Shown: piece after piece, positions 5,829-15,044 of the stretch
Layout: each line of letters begins with the position of its first letter
Numbering within the stretch: the first letter of the stretch is position 1
Source of the DNA: Candidatus Hermodarchaeota archaeon
Lineage (GTDB): Archaea > Asgardarchaeota > Heimdallarchaeia > Hodarchaeales > Hodarchaeaceae
DNA length: 18,332 nucleotides
Direction of reading: 5' to 3'
Assembly: GCA_048886185.1 (NCBI GenBank)
Contig: JBHLKY010000021.1
Coordinates: 61,932-80,263 of the forward strand
The notes under the pieces: generated by a model
The model's input: the letters and a program-made list of their open reading frames with translations, nothing else
What the model was told of the DNA's origin: nothing
Database searches by the model: none
Position numbers and translations under genes: made by a program

Positions 5829-7835
5829 ATGGAAAAAAATCTAAAAATAATCGAAAAAAAGGATTCTAATACTTCCGATGTCTCTCCAATGGATCCCTCT
5901 GTAGAAAAAAAAGTCATAAAGCTGAAAAAGGTGGATATTGTGAGTAATTCAGATATTAATTCTAAGGAAAAACTTCAAAGAACCAGTAAAAAATTGGAAT
6001 TACTGAAAACTGAATTAAGGCGGAAAGTAATTCCTAAGCTGCATGAAGATCTAGCTGAAGGATTAGTAATAAACTTGGATCGATTAAACTTTGCAATCAA
6101 TCAAGTAGAGAAAGTCTTTGGAGAAACAGTGTGGATCGATGAAATAGATAAAAATATTGAGAAAGTTTTTAAGCTAGATACTTTACAAAAGAAGGTTAAA
6201 GGATTAGATCAAAAAATAAATCAGGTAAAAGAAGAAGCACTTGAACTAGAAGGAGAAAAAATACTTTCTTTGGAGGAAAGGAAACTTGAAGAAGAAGGAA
6301 TAAAGTCTGTTCTTACGTTGGTGAAAGATGTAGGGATAAGTGCAAGAGAACAGAAACTATTTGATCAAGCTATCGAAATTCTTCAAGATATAGATAATAA
6401 ACTCTTACCTGCCATCGAAATTCACCTCCCAGAAGAAGATAAAAAAGATATTAGAGCAACATTACTTAAAGAAATTAAAAATACCTTCATGAAGAAAGGG
6501 GAGATAGATGAGGCCATCAAAGTAATAGATTCGTGTTGTAAACATCCAGATTATGAAAGTAAAGATTATATTGAGTCTCAAATTGATAAAAGCTTCTTAT
6601 TTGTGCAAAAAGCCGAATTCAATAAAGCTGTTAATATACTTAAAAAAGCCCTCAAATATGAAAAACAATTACCAATAAAAGAAAGAAAACTAGCACAATC
6701 AGCTGAAATTAAAAGAGCATTAGCTGTTGCTTTTAGAGGACAGGGTGCATATCAAAAGGCCTTAAAATGGTTTGAGGAATCCAAAAAAGAATTTCGGGAA
6801 GCGCAAGATGAGTTCGGATACCATACTGCTCTTTGGGGAATGGGTATCTTAAGACATCTAACAGGAGAATGGGAAGAGGCAATTTCGATCTGGAAGACAT
6901 TACTATCCTTTTATGAGAAATTACCAGACGTTAAATCAAAAACTAAGAAACCTGCTTCATTATTACGAATTAAAGTCTACACTGAATATTCAAGGACTCT
7001 TCAACTTTGTGGTGAATTCACAAAAGCTGAAAAAATCTTGAATAAAGCTTTAACTCTTGCCTTGAATTCAAATCATGAACATGCTGATTGGTATCAAGCT
7101 GATCTTTATTTATTATTTAGTGAATTATATTTTCAACAAAATGAAATAGAAAAAGCCTATCATGCCATCATAGAAAGTAGAAGAATCAAAAAGTCTATGG
7201 AATCTCAACAGAAAGAAACCATTGATGAGTTAAAGATCCTGAAGCATGAAATTAACGTGTTACTGGCATTAAACAGAGCAGAAGAGGCAAGAGAGAAATT
7301 AACAGCACAATACCAAAATTGTAAATCTAACTGGGATATAGCAACATATTACCATTTATTAGGGATTATTGAGAAGAATGAAATGAATTTTGGATTGGCT
7401 AAAAACGCATTCAGTTCTTCATTGGAAAAAACCAGAGAAATTGGCGCCTCATCACTTACTGAGGAATTAATCTATATTGATCTTCTCGTTGAAATGGCTA
7501 GAACAGGAAACCAGAATGCAATCAAAGAAGTAGAGTCCCTTTTAATAGATTTCGAAAATAAAGTCCAAGAAAAAAAGCTATCAGCATATATTCTTGAATG
7601 TCACTTACTTAAAGCACATCTAGCTCGTTTTCAATCAAATTATGATCAGGCTTATCGGATTTATTCTGAAATCATCAGAGATGCTGACACTTATCAACTT
7701 TTTAGGCAAAAAAAGAAGGCATTAGAAGCTATCAATTTAATAGAACAGGAAGGACAGCAATTACGTGCAACTAAAGAGTTATCAGTTTATCGTTATCTAG
7801 AAGATGCACGAAGGATTCTTGAAGAAAACTCTTGA
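5829..7835 (+). CDS. Large tetratricopeptide-repeat protein with charged coiled-coil N-terminus
   Basis: Repeated TPR-like helix pairs (ALAVAFRGQGAYQKALKWFEES; GMGILRHLTGEWEEAISIW; YSRTLQLCGEFTKAEKILNKAL; LLGIIEKNEMNFGLAKNAFSSSL; AHLARFQSNYDQAYRIY). The first ~160 aa are K/E/L-rich. No catalytic domain recognised. Confidence 0.82.
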   Translation: MEKNLKIIEKKDSNTSDVSPMDPSVEKKVIKLKKVDIVSNSDINSKEKLQRTSKKLELLKTELRRKVIPKLHEDLAEGLVINLDRLNFAINQVEKVFGETVWIDEIDKNIEKVFKLDTLQKKVKGLDQKINQVKEEALELEGEKILSLEERKLEEEGIKSVLTLVKDVGISAREQKLFDQAIEILQDIDNKLLPAIEIHLPEEDKKDIRATLLKEIKNTFMKKGEIDEAIKVIDSCCKHPDYESKDYIESQIDKSFLFVQKAEFNKAVNILKKALKYEKQLPIKERKLAQSAEIKRALAVAFRGQGAYQKALKWFEESKKEFREAQDEFGYHTALWGMGILRHLTGEWEEAISIWKTLLSFYEKLPDVKSKTKKPASLLRIKVYTEYSRTLQLCGEFTKAEKILNKALTLALNSNHEHADWYQADLYLLFSELYFQQNEIEKAYHAIIESRRIKKSMESQQKETIDELKILKHEINVLLALNRAEEAREKLTAQYQNCKSNWDIATYYHLLGIIEKNEMNFGLAKNAFSSSLEKTREIGASSLTEELIYIDLLVEMARTGNQNAIKEVESLLIDFENKVQEKKLSAYILECHLLKAHLARFQSNYDQAYRIYSEIIRDADTYQLFRQKKKALEAINLIEQEGQQLRATKELSVYRYLEDARRILEENS

Positions 7836-7897
7836 TTTTATAAAATAATGTTTAACCTCCAAATATTGAGACGAAAATTAATTCAAAATAAATTTTT

Positions 7898-9226
7898 TTA
7901 CTTTTCCGGCTTAAATACACGCCATACAAAGAATATTGTACCAATAATGAAGAAGATAAAACCACTTGTTACCAGAAAGATTAATTCTGGGAGAATTTGA
8001 CTGAAATCATGATTGAAAAGTAAAACATTACGGATTGCTGTTGTACTCGAATAAAAGGGGAAAAAATCCCACAATTGAAGTGCACGAAGACTTCCTGAAG
8101 CAGTTGGTACTAGATTAGTGATTAAAGGAATCTCAGGGACAGGTAGAAATGCACCTGAAACAAATCCTATTGGCGCTGATAATAAAGCTATCACGCCTGA
8201 TGCATCACGACCATTTGGTATAAATGCACCAACAAAGAACCCTAATCCTAAAATGGGTATAATTGTGATCATTGCTACTATGTATGCAATGAATGGGTTC
8301 CCTTGCCCACGGAATCCTAACAAATAAGCAGTAAGCATCATTATTGCTAATTGTACCCCACCAGTCACAATTTGGGTTAAAGAAACACCTCCCAACAATT
8401 CAATTGGATGCATGTTAGAGATTTTTAAGCGATCTAAAGTTCTATATTCTCGTTCATCACCAAGTATACCAGCAACGCTACTCGCTGATAATACCAAACC
8501 AAATGTCAAGAAACCGCTCATGAAATAATCAAATTCGGTTAATTCATAGCTAATCACATTCTGGAAGTTTGTGTTAAAATTCCCCACATCAAGTTCAACT
8601 TCATAGAAACTGGCTTGGAATTCTTTTATTGTTTTTTCAATTTCAGCTTGAGTAGTTTGAAACGCGAGATAACTAGGATCTCCCAACATTTCAATTGTAA
8701 TATTCACATTCTGGATTTTGGGGTCATTAACTAAAGATACGCCATTAATGATTCTTTCATAGGAGTTAATTCCTGATAGGATTCCATATGAGAAGTTATG
8801 AGGAATTCTTAAAGCAATGGTTATTGCTCTGGATTGAACGGCTAGCTTCATCTCTCTCTCAGTTGTAAATGTTCTAACATAGAATGTCCTGTTAGAAATG
8901 AGAATAGGAGTTTCATTTCTCAAACTATTTATGTAAAGTTGACCAAATCCGGTAAAAAAGGGATCCAATGTAACATTATCAAACCAAGGTTCAGAGTAAC
9001 TCTTGAAATCATCTTTCCAATGACCCAATGTAAGAAATTCACCATTATCTTGATTTATGACACCTATTGAGAGAGAAGAATCCCCAGTACTGACTATATT
9101 TTCTCCCCCAAAAATAAATGCGAATACAAGTGTAAATCCAATTGGAAATCCAACAATTAAGACAATTCTTGAACGATTTCTTAAATTCTGTTTAATTGTT
9201 CGGGTAAAAGTGGTAAGGAGAAGCAT
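7898..9226 (-). CDS. ABC-2 type exporter permease with large extracytoplasmic domain
   Basis: One N-terminal TM, a ~200-aa loop beginning IGVINQD, then five TMs with EREYRTLDRLKIS (ABC-2 E-x-x-x-x-T-L-x-R-L motif). SD GAGGTGA overlaps the stop of the upstream permease. Confidence 0.9.
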   Translation of the reverse strand: MLLLTTFTRTIKQNLRNRSRIVLIVGFPIGFTLVFAFIFGGENIVSTGDSSLSIGVINQDNGEFLTLGHWKDDFKSYSEPWFDNVTLDPFFTGFGQLYINSLRNETPILISNRTFYVRTFTTEREMKLAVQSRAITIALRIPHNFSYGILSGINSYERIINGVSLVNDPKIQNVNITIEMLGDPSYLAFQTTQAEIEKTIKEFQASFYEVELDVGNFNTNFQNVISYELTEFDYFMSGFLTFGLVLSASSVAGILGDEREYRTLDRLKISNMHPIELLGGVSLTQIVTGGVQLAIMMLTAYLLGFRGQGNPFIAYIVAMITIIPILGLGFFVGAFIPNGRDASGVIALLSAPIGFVSGAFLPVPEIPLITNLVPTASGSLRALQLWDFFPFYSSTTAIRNVLLFNHDFSQILPELIFLVTSGFIFFIIGTIFFVWRVFKPEK

Positions 9227-9237
9227 GATTAATCACC

Positions 9238-10629
9238 TCAGTTCGGTACGTCTCCTCTGAATCGTCGTTTTGTATAGAAAATCATACTAAAGCCTAATAA
9301 TATAAAACTTGGAATAATGACAAAAAGTACATCAGCCCAAACGTCAAAAATTGAGAACTCATAAAGTAAAATTGATCTTAATGCATTTACAGCATGAGTT
9401 GAGGGCAGAATGTCCCACAGTACGAAATCCCTTGGTAAACCTGATGCAGTTGGAAAAGATCTAGGTAAAATTGTTATTGTTGGTGCCTCTAAGAATGCTC
9501 CAGACATAAATGCTAAAGGTGTCATAAGAAATCCTGCAGATTGACCTGCTGTATCTGATGATTTAAAAATTCCAGCTAACAGGAACCCGAGAGCTGTTGT
9601 GAAGGTTGTTGTAAGTATTAAGACTATCATTGCTTCAATAAGATTACCAGCAGGATTAAAACCAAAAGCAACTATTGCAACTATTATAAGAATGCTTAAC
9701 TGAAAAAATGAAATCAGGAATGAATAGAGTGTTACTCCTGCAATGTATTCGTATGGTTTGATCAAAGATAATCGTACTCTTGCTATAGTTTTCGTTTCAG
9801 CAAATTCTGCGACTAAAAAAGCAGCCAGCATCCCTGCTTGCATTAAAACAGCAAATACTAAAATCCCAGGAAAGATTGTGTCAAAGATACTGTATTCCTG
9901 TAAGGTTATCAGTTCTAGGGAGAAGTCAATATTTCCCCCTGAATAATTTAAAGATTTGAATTGTTCATTAAAAATAGAAAATATCTTATCTAATATGATT
10001 TTGGTTATTTGGTACCTAGTATATCCTTCATCTCCAATGATGATGATCTCACTATTTTCGTCGATAGGAAATGGGGGCCCATTATAAGACCAAATGGGAG
10101 GGTAACTCAAATTGTGGATATAGATATTATTTTGAATGTAAAATGCATTATTAAAAGCTGATAATGTGGTATTTGAATAGTTTTCAGGAAACACAACCAG
10201 TGCGTCTATTTGACGATCTTCTACAGCTCGTTGGCCAACTTCTTGGTCATTATAATCTAAAACAGAAAAGATACGCTTTTCTGACTTTTCTTCATCTGTT
10301 TGATATGTCGTTGTGTTTAAAATATCAATAAAGTCTGCTGCAAATCCATTATCTATGGTTATTTCATTAAATGGGAGATTGTTCAATAAAATTGAATCAT
10401 TTCGTAGATAATTTGCTAGATTTTCTCCAATTCCTTCATCATTGTTGATTACTCCTAATATATAAGTTTCTGTTTCACCTAAACCTGAAGCCCCAAAAGC
10501 AAATGCAAACATAAATCCCATAAAAGTGGGCATACCTAAGAGTACTATAAGAGCAACTTTCAGTCTAAGCACTTCTTTGAGAAAGCGTACAGTAATATCA
10601 ATTATAAGCATGAAAATCCCTATTCTCAA
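9238..10629 (-). CDS. ABC-2 type exporter permease with large extracytoplasmic domain (paralog)
   Basis: Same topology: LGVINND loop start, AVEDRQIDALVVFPENYS, EFAETKTIARVRLS. Start is TTG 10629 (TTGA overlap with the ATPase stop) or ATG 10611. Confidence 0.9.
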   Translation of the reverse strand: MRIGIFMLIIDITVRFLKEVLRLKVALIVLLGMPTFMGFMFAFAFGASGLGETETYILGVINNDEGIGENLANYLRNDSILLNNLPFNEITIDNGFAADFIDILNTTTYQTDEEKSEKRIFSVLDYNDQEVGQRAVEDRQIDALVVFPENYSNTTLSAFNNAFYIQNNIYIHNLSYPPIWSYNGPPFPIDENSEIIIIGDEGYTRYQITKIILDKIFSIFNEQFKSLNYSGGNIDFSLELITLQEYSIFDTIFPGILVFAVLMQAGMLAAFLVAEFAETKTIARVRLSLIKPYEYIAGVTLYSFLISFFQLSILIIVAIVAFGFNPAGNLIEAMIVLILTTTFTTALGFLLAGIFKSSDTAGQSAGFLMTPLAFMSGAFLEAPTITILPRSFPTASGLPRDFVLWDILPSTHAVNALRSILLYEFSIFDVWADVLFVIIPSFILLGFSMIFYTKRRFRGDVPN

Positions 10630-11630
10630 TTGCGAAGAGCTCTACCTGTTAAATTGATGAACACATCTTCTAGTGTGGTATTTCTAATAGCCATATTATC
10701 CACCACCGCCCCATGTTCTTCTATACGATTCAATATTTGTGCCAGATTGGGAATCACATTCAAAGCTCTCACTACCACCTTCCCTTCTGAAATATAAGCA
10801 TCTTCAACAGTTAAACCTTTAGAAGTAGTAAATTCACTTAATAAATCAGCCATTTTCTGTAAATGTTCTTCTGAATCGTCCGCTAAATAAAACTCTAATA
10901 AATCTCCTTCTCCAATAGAGGCTTTCAACTTTTTTGGGGTATTTAATACAAGAATTTCACCATGATCTATAATTGCCACACGATCGGATAAACGATCTGC
11001 TTCTTCCATGAAATGAGTCGTTAAAATGACAGTTTTCCCTTCCTTTGGTAAGTTTTGAATAAAATCCCATACTACTACTCGTGATTGAGGATCCAAACCT
11101 GGAGTGGGTTCATCACATAGAACAAGTACAGGATCGTGAACTAATCCCATAATAACGTTAACTCGTCTTTTCAGTCCCCCCGATAGATTTTTTACAAGAG
11201 ATTTTCGTTTGTTTTCTAATCCCAATTTAGTAATCAGATTATTAATTCGTTTTTCAGCTACATCTTTCTGAATTCGATATGCTCTTGCCATGAACCATAG
11301 GTTTTCTTCTACTGTTAATTCCTCATAAAGACTGATCTCTTGAGGTATTATTCCTAACAATTTTTTTAGCTTTTGGGTATTTTTTCTCTCTTTAGGATCC
11401 ATCCCAAAGATCTTGACTGTTCCTTCATCTGGTTCTAGAAGGCCAATGATCATTCGTAAACTCGTGGTCTTTCCTGCACCATTTGGCCCCAAAAATCCAA
11501 AAATTTCGCCCTTTTCAACTGAAAGTGAGATTTTATTCACAGCTTCAACTTTTTGTTCCCCTTTCCCAAATGTCTTCGTTAAGTTATTCACTTCGATGGC
11601 AATATCGGCTAATTCTGATAATGGTTGCAA
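10626..11630 (-). CDS. ABC-2 type exporter ATP-binding protein (DrrA/NodI-like) with C-terminal extension
   Basis: Walker A GPNGAGKT, signature LSGG, Walker B LVLCDEPT, H-loop TTH, tail TTLEDVFINLTGRALR. TTG start 7 nt after AGGAGGT (11644-11638). Confidence 0.95.
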   Translation of the reverse strand: MQPLSELADIAIEVNNLTKTFGKGEQKVEAVNKISLSVEKGEIFGFLGPNGAGKTTSLRMIIGLLEPDEGTVKIFGMDPKERKNTQKLKKLLGIIPQEISLYEELTVEENLWFMARAYRIQKDVAEKRINNLITKLGLENKRKSLVKNLSGGLKRRVNVIMGLVHDPVLVLCDEPTPGLDPQSRVVVWDFIQNLPKEGKTVILTTHFMEEADRLSDRVAIIDHGEILVLNTPKKLKASIGEGDLLEFYLADDSEEHLQKMADLLSEFTTSKGLTVEDAYISEGKVVVRALNVIPNLAQILNRIEEHGAVVDNMAIRNTTLEDVFINLTGRALRN

Positions 11631-11768
11631 ATCTTTGACCTCCTAATTGCATTCTAGCCCTATTTTTATTATTAATATAAGATATTCATTATAAGAATCG
11701 TATAATTAGATTTTCCATAAAATAGTTAAGATAACGGTATTCAGTAATGATTCTAGTAAAAATAATAA

Positions 11769-11782
11769 TGTATCTAGATACA
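11769..11782. promoter_or_regulatory. Perfect 14-bp palindrome TGTATCTAGATACA in the divergent intergenic region; candidate operator
   Basis: Self-complementary sequence read directly; function is inferred from position only. Confidence 0.35.
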
Positions 11783-11967
11783 ACGAGTCTTTTACACTTT
11801 CTATGTCCTTACATATACTATTAAATTGTCAAAATCCCTTTTTTTATAGGTCATAGAATGCATAGGAATAGTAAATGATTTGAAAAAATAATTTATTTCC
11901 TTTTTAATTTTCTTCTTTAAACTCTCTTCGATTATTAATCGTTATAGCATCAAACGTTATTGCAGGA

Positions 11968-12759
11968 ATGATTTGGTTGAAGGAAGATCCATTATATATT
12001 GGTCAAATACAAAATGTTAATGACATCGATTGTCCTATTTGCTTTCAAGATGTGAGTTTTGAAATCAATTCAAATCTGATCTTGAAAAAAATATCAGTCA
12101 AAATTGACAGGAAGGGGATCACTGGTATAATTGGACCATCTGGTTCAGGGAAAAGCACATTTCTAAGATTATTAAATCGATTAATTTCTACTACAAATGG
12201 AAAAATCATTTTCGAAGGTGAAGATTATAATACAATTCCTGTTCGAAAGCTACGGAAAAGAATTGGTTTAGTGCAGCAACGCCCACATCTCTTTCCTGTT
12301 ACTATTCGGGATAATTTAACCTATGGCCCTAGAATATGGGGAATTGAACTTTCAGAAAAAGAGCTTACCAATCTTTTAGATAAAGTTGGACTCGCGCATG
12401 AATTTCTTGACAGGAACGTTGAGAACTTATCTGGTGGTGAACAACAACGTGTTTCAGTTGCCCGAAGTTTAGCCAATAACCCTGAAATGTTACTTTTAGA
12501 TGAACCAACTAGTGCTTTAGATATTATATCCGAAGAAATATTGGAAGAGACAATAAAGAGATTAGACCAAGAAGGAATAAAGATAATTATTGTTACGCAT
12601 TCTTTAGAACAAACAAAAAGGTTAACTGATCAATTGTTATTTCTAAAAGATGGAGAATTCATTGAAAAAACCTCAACAGAGGAATTCTTCCGCAAGTACA
12701 ACGATAAGGAGATAAGGGGTTTTTTTAAAAAAGAAAAAAGTAGAGATGACAGAAGTTGA
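11968..12759 (+). CDS. fetA: ABC transporter ATP-binding protein, FetA/YbbL-like
   Basis: GPSGSGKS, LVQQRPHLF..TIRDNL, LSGGEQQRVSVARSL, LLLDEPTSALD, VTH. Coupled to a UPF0014 permease, which supports the FetA assignment. Exact start uncertain. Confidence 0.8.
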   Translation: MIWLKEDPLYIGQIQNVNDIDCPICFQDVSFEINSNLILKKISVKIDRKGITGIIGPSGSGKSTFLRLLNRLISTTNGKIIFEGEDYNTIPVRKLRKRIGLVQQRPHLFPVTIRDNLTYGPRIWGIELSEKELTNLLDKVGLAHEFLDRNVENLSGGEQQRVSVARSLANNPEMLLLDEPTSALDIISEEILEETIKRLDQEGIKIIIVTHSLEQTKRLTDQLLFLKDGEFIEKTSTEEFFRKYNDKEIRGFFKKEKSRDDRS

Positions 12760-13559
12760 GCTTACCAAGTGAAACTGAAATTACCAGTATGATAATTAGT
12801 GGAGCATTCTCGCTTCTTTTACTAACATTAATTGTATTGTTATCCCATTGGCAGAAAATAAGAATGGAAAAAACTTTCATTTGGAGCTTTTTTCGTGGTT
12901 TTATCCAAATCTTGTTAATGGCTTCTGTCTTAATACTTATATTTGAGCTTAGAGAGTTATTAATTCTTTATGTGGTTCTCCTATTTATGTGTGTTTTTGC
13001 AGCATACACAGCAAAGAACCGATTTCCTTATCCAAACATATTCAAGCTGGAATTAATTGCAATCACAACAGGAAGTATTCTTATCATGGTATTTGTGACT
13101 TCTTTTCCTCCTCAAACTCCTATTATTTTTCCCGAGGGGGCATATATCATACCAATGGGAGGGATGGTTATAGCAAATGTCATGGTTATGACAACAATTG
13201 TGCTAGAAAGAATAATTGCGGATGTTAAAAAATCAAGGGGAGTTATTGAAGCAGCATTATCATTAGGTGATAGTGCTTGGAATTCAGTTAAACCAATAAT
13301 GAAAGGATCATTCCGAGCTGGTCTTCTTCCTACGACTAATCGGGTAGCAGTATTAGGTATAGTCACTATCCCTGGATTAATGAGTGGTATGATTATAGGG
13401 GGCGTGAATCCAATAATTGCTGCTGTTTATCAAGTTGTCATCTTTTTAATGATTTTATCAGCAGGATTTATTGGTGAAATATTGATAGGTTTTCTCTTTG
13501 TTAAAGAATTATTTACAACTGAAGATCAGCTCAAGAGTTCATGGTTCATCAATAGTTGA
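12756..13559 (+). CDS. fetB: UPF0014 (FetB/YbbM/STAR2-like) ABC permease
   Basis: RGFIQILLMASVL, IIPMGGMVIAN.M, IEAALSLG, GIVTIPGLMSGMIIGGVNPIIAAVYQVVIFLMI are UPF0014 hallmarks. TTG start overlaps the fetA TGA. Confidence 0.9.
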   Translation: MSLPSETEITSMIISGAFSLLLLTLIVLLSHWQKIRMEKTFIWSFFRGFIQILLMASVLILIFELRELLILYVVLLFMCVFAAYTAKNRFPYPNIFKLELIAITTGSILIMVFVTSFPPQTPIIFPEGAYIIPMGGMVIANVMVMTTIVLERIIADVKKSRGVIEAALSLGDSAWNSVKPIMKGSFRAGLLPTTNRVAVLGIVTIPGLMSGMIIGGVNPIIAAVYQVVIFLMILSAGFIGEILIGFLFVKELFTTEDQLKSSWFINS

Positions 13560-13577
13560 TTAAAGGGGTATTAAAAG

Positions 13578-15023
13578 ATGGCAAAAAGAGTACTGAGTGA
13601 ACTTAAGCCAAAAATTGTTTGGAACTTGTTTGAGGATATCTCTAGAATCCCCCGAGAGTCAAAAAAAGAGGACAAAATTCGTGATTGGGTAAAGAATTGG
13701 GCATATAACAACAAAATAATAGTCGAAGAAGATCTGGTAGGAAACCTTTTACTCTCAATAAACGCATCAAAAGGATGTGAGATGTTTCCCGGAGTCATTT
13801 TACAAGCCCATCTTGATATGGTTGCCCAAAAAATCCCAGAAATTTCTCATGATTTTGAGAATGATCCTATTTCATTAAAAATTATAAATGATTACGTGAC
13901 AGCAGATGGTACAACTTTAGGAGCAGATAATGGAATTGGCGTTGCCATAGCTCTAGCTGCAATAAGTGATCCTGACCTTCAACATGGCCCTATTGATGTC
14001 CTATTTACTATAGATGAGGAAACAGGGTTAACTGGAGCTTTTAACTTGAGTAAGAATTTCCTCAAATATAAATTCCTACTTAATTTAGATTCTGAAGATG
14101 AGGGGAAAATAACAGTATCTAGTGCTGGTGGAGGAGACACTAGGTTTACTTTACCAATAACTTGGGATACACAACCAGCATTAGTAGGAATGAAACTAAC
14201 AATAGGAGGTTTAACTGGTGGACATTCAGGAGTAGACATTCATAAATCACGATTAAATGCTATTAAAGTCCTAGTAGAGGGATTAATCAATTTCCGCCAG
14301 AAAGTTGAGGATTTCCATATTTGCAGCATCGAAGGGGGCAGTGCTCACAATGCAATCCCTCGGGATGCTAGTTGCGAGTTTCTTGTAGATAAAATAGAGC
14401 CTATTCGTCAGATGTTTGATGAATGGAGTAGACAAATTGATAATTTCAAGAAAATTGAACCTAATATTAAGCTTAATCTTCAGGAAACGTCTCAAAATTC
14501 GTGTGTAAGAGAAACGAATTCAATTTTTACATTATTATATGAAATTCCTCATGGAGCCTTGATATTCTCAAAAGATATTGCTGATCTGGTTGAAACTTCC
14601 AATAATCTTGCACTTGTGAAAACTTTATCAGAGTCCATTGAAATAATTACAAGTACTCGTAGCTCAAATAATAATGAGTTGAATCGCCTAAGAACTGAAT
14701 TAAGAGACCTTGGAACAAGGTTATCTGCAAATATATTTCAAGGACCAGCTTATCCTGGTTGGCAACCTGAACTGGATTCAACGTTTCTTAAATTAGTAAG
14801 GGAAGAATATACTCAAGAATTTGGTCAAAAAGTGCAGTTAAAAGCAATCCATGCAGGATTAGAGACAGGTTTATTTAAAGGAATGAATCCAGATTTACAA
14901 CTGGTATCTATTGGTCCAGAGATTAAAGATGCACATTCACCTCATGAAAGAGTCTATATTAAATCCGTAGAATTAATCTGGCGCATTGTTAAGTCAATAT
15001 TATCAAAAATAAACCAGATTTGA
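13578..15023 (+). CDS. pepD: Aminoacyl-histidine (cytosol non-specific) dipeptidase, M20C family
   Basis: ISRIPRESKKE, LQAHLDMV, TTLGADNGIG, DEETGLTGA, LNLDSED, GLTGGHSG, IHAGLETG, AHSPHE; metal ligands appear intact. Confidence 0.95.
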   Translation: MAKRVLSELKPKIVWNLFEDISRIPRESKKEDKIRDWVKNWAYNNKIIVEEDLVGNLLLSINASKGCEMFPGVILQAHLDMVAQKIPEISHDFENDPISLKIINDYVTADGTTLGADNGIGVAIALAAISDPDLQHGPIDVLFTIDEETGLTGAFNLSKNFLKYKFLLNLDSEDEGKITVSSAGGGDTRFTLPITWDTQPALVGMKLTIGGLTGGHSGVDIHKSRLNAIKVLVEGLINFRQKVEDFHICSIEGGSAHNAIPRDASCEFLVDKIEPIRQMFDEWSRQIDNFKKIEPNIKLNLQETSQNSCVRETNSIFTLLYEIPHGALIFSKDIADLVETSNNLALVKTLSESIEIITSTRSSNNNELNRLRTELRDLGTRLSANIFQGPAYPGWQPELDSTFLKLVREEYTQEFGQKVQLKAIHAGLETGLFKGMNPDLQLVSIGPEIKDAHSPHERVYIKSVELIWRIVKSILSKINQI

Positions 15024-15044
15024 GATCAGAAAGGAGTAAAAAAT

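Noticed and set aside
8118-11646. Plus-strand short ORFs (8118, 9057, 9743, 11413) opposite the ABC-2 operon
   Set aside because: Antisense shadows with the typical composition of reverse-read membrane-protein and ATPase codons.
12028-12045. CPIC (CxxC) near the FetA N-terminus
   Set aside because: It falls on the first beta-strand of the ABC fold (C-F-Q-D-V-S-F), has no partner ligands and the start is uncertain; likely incidental.
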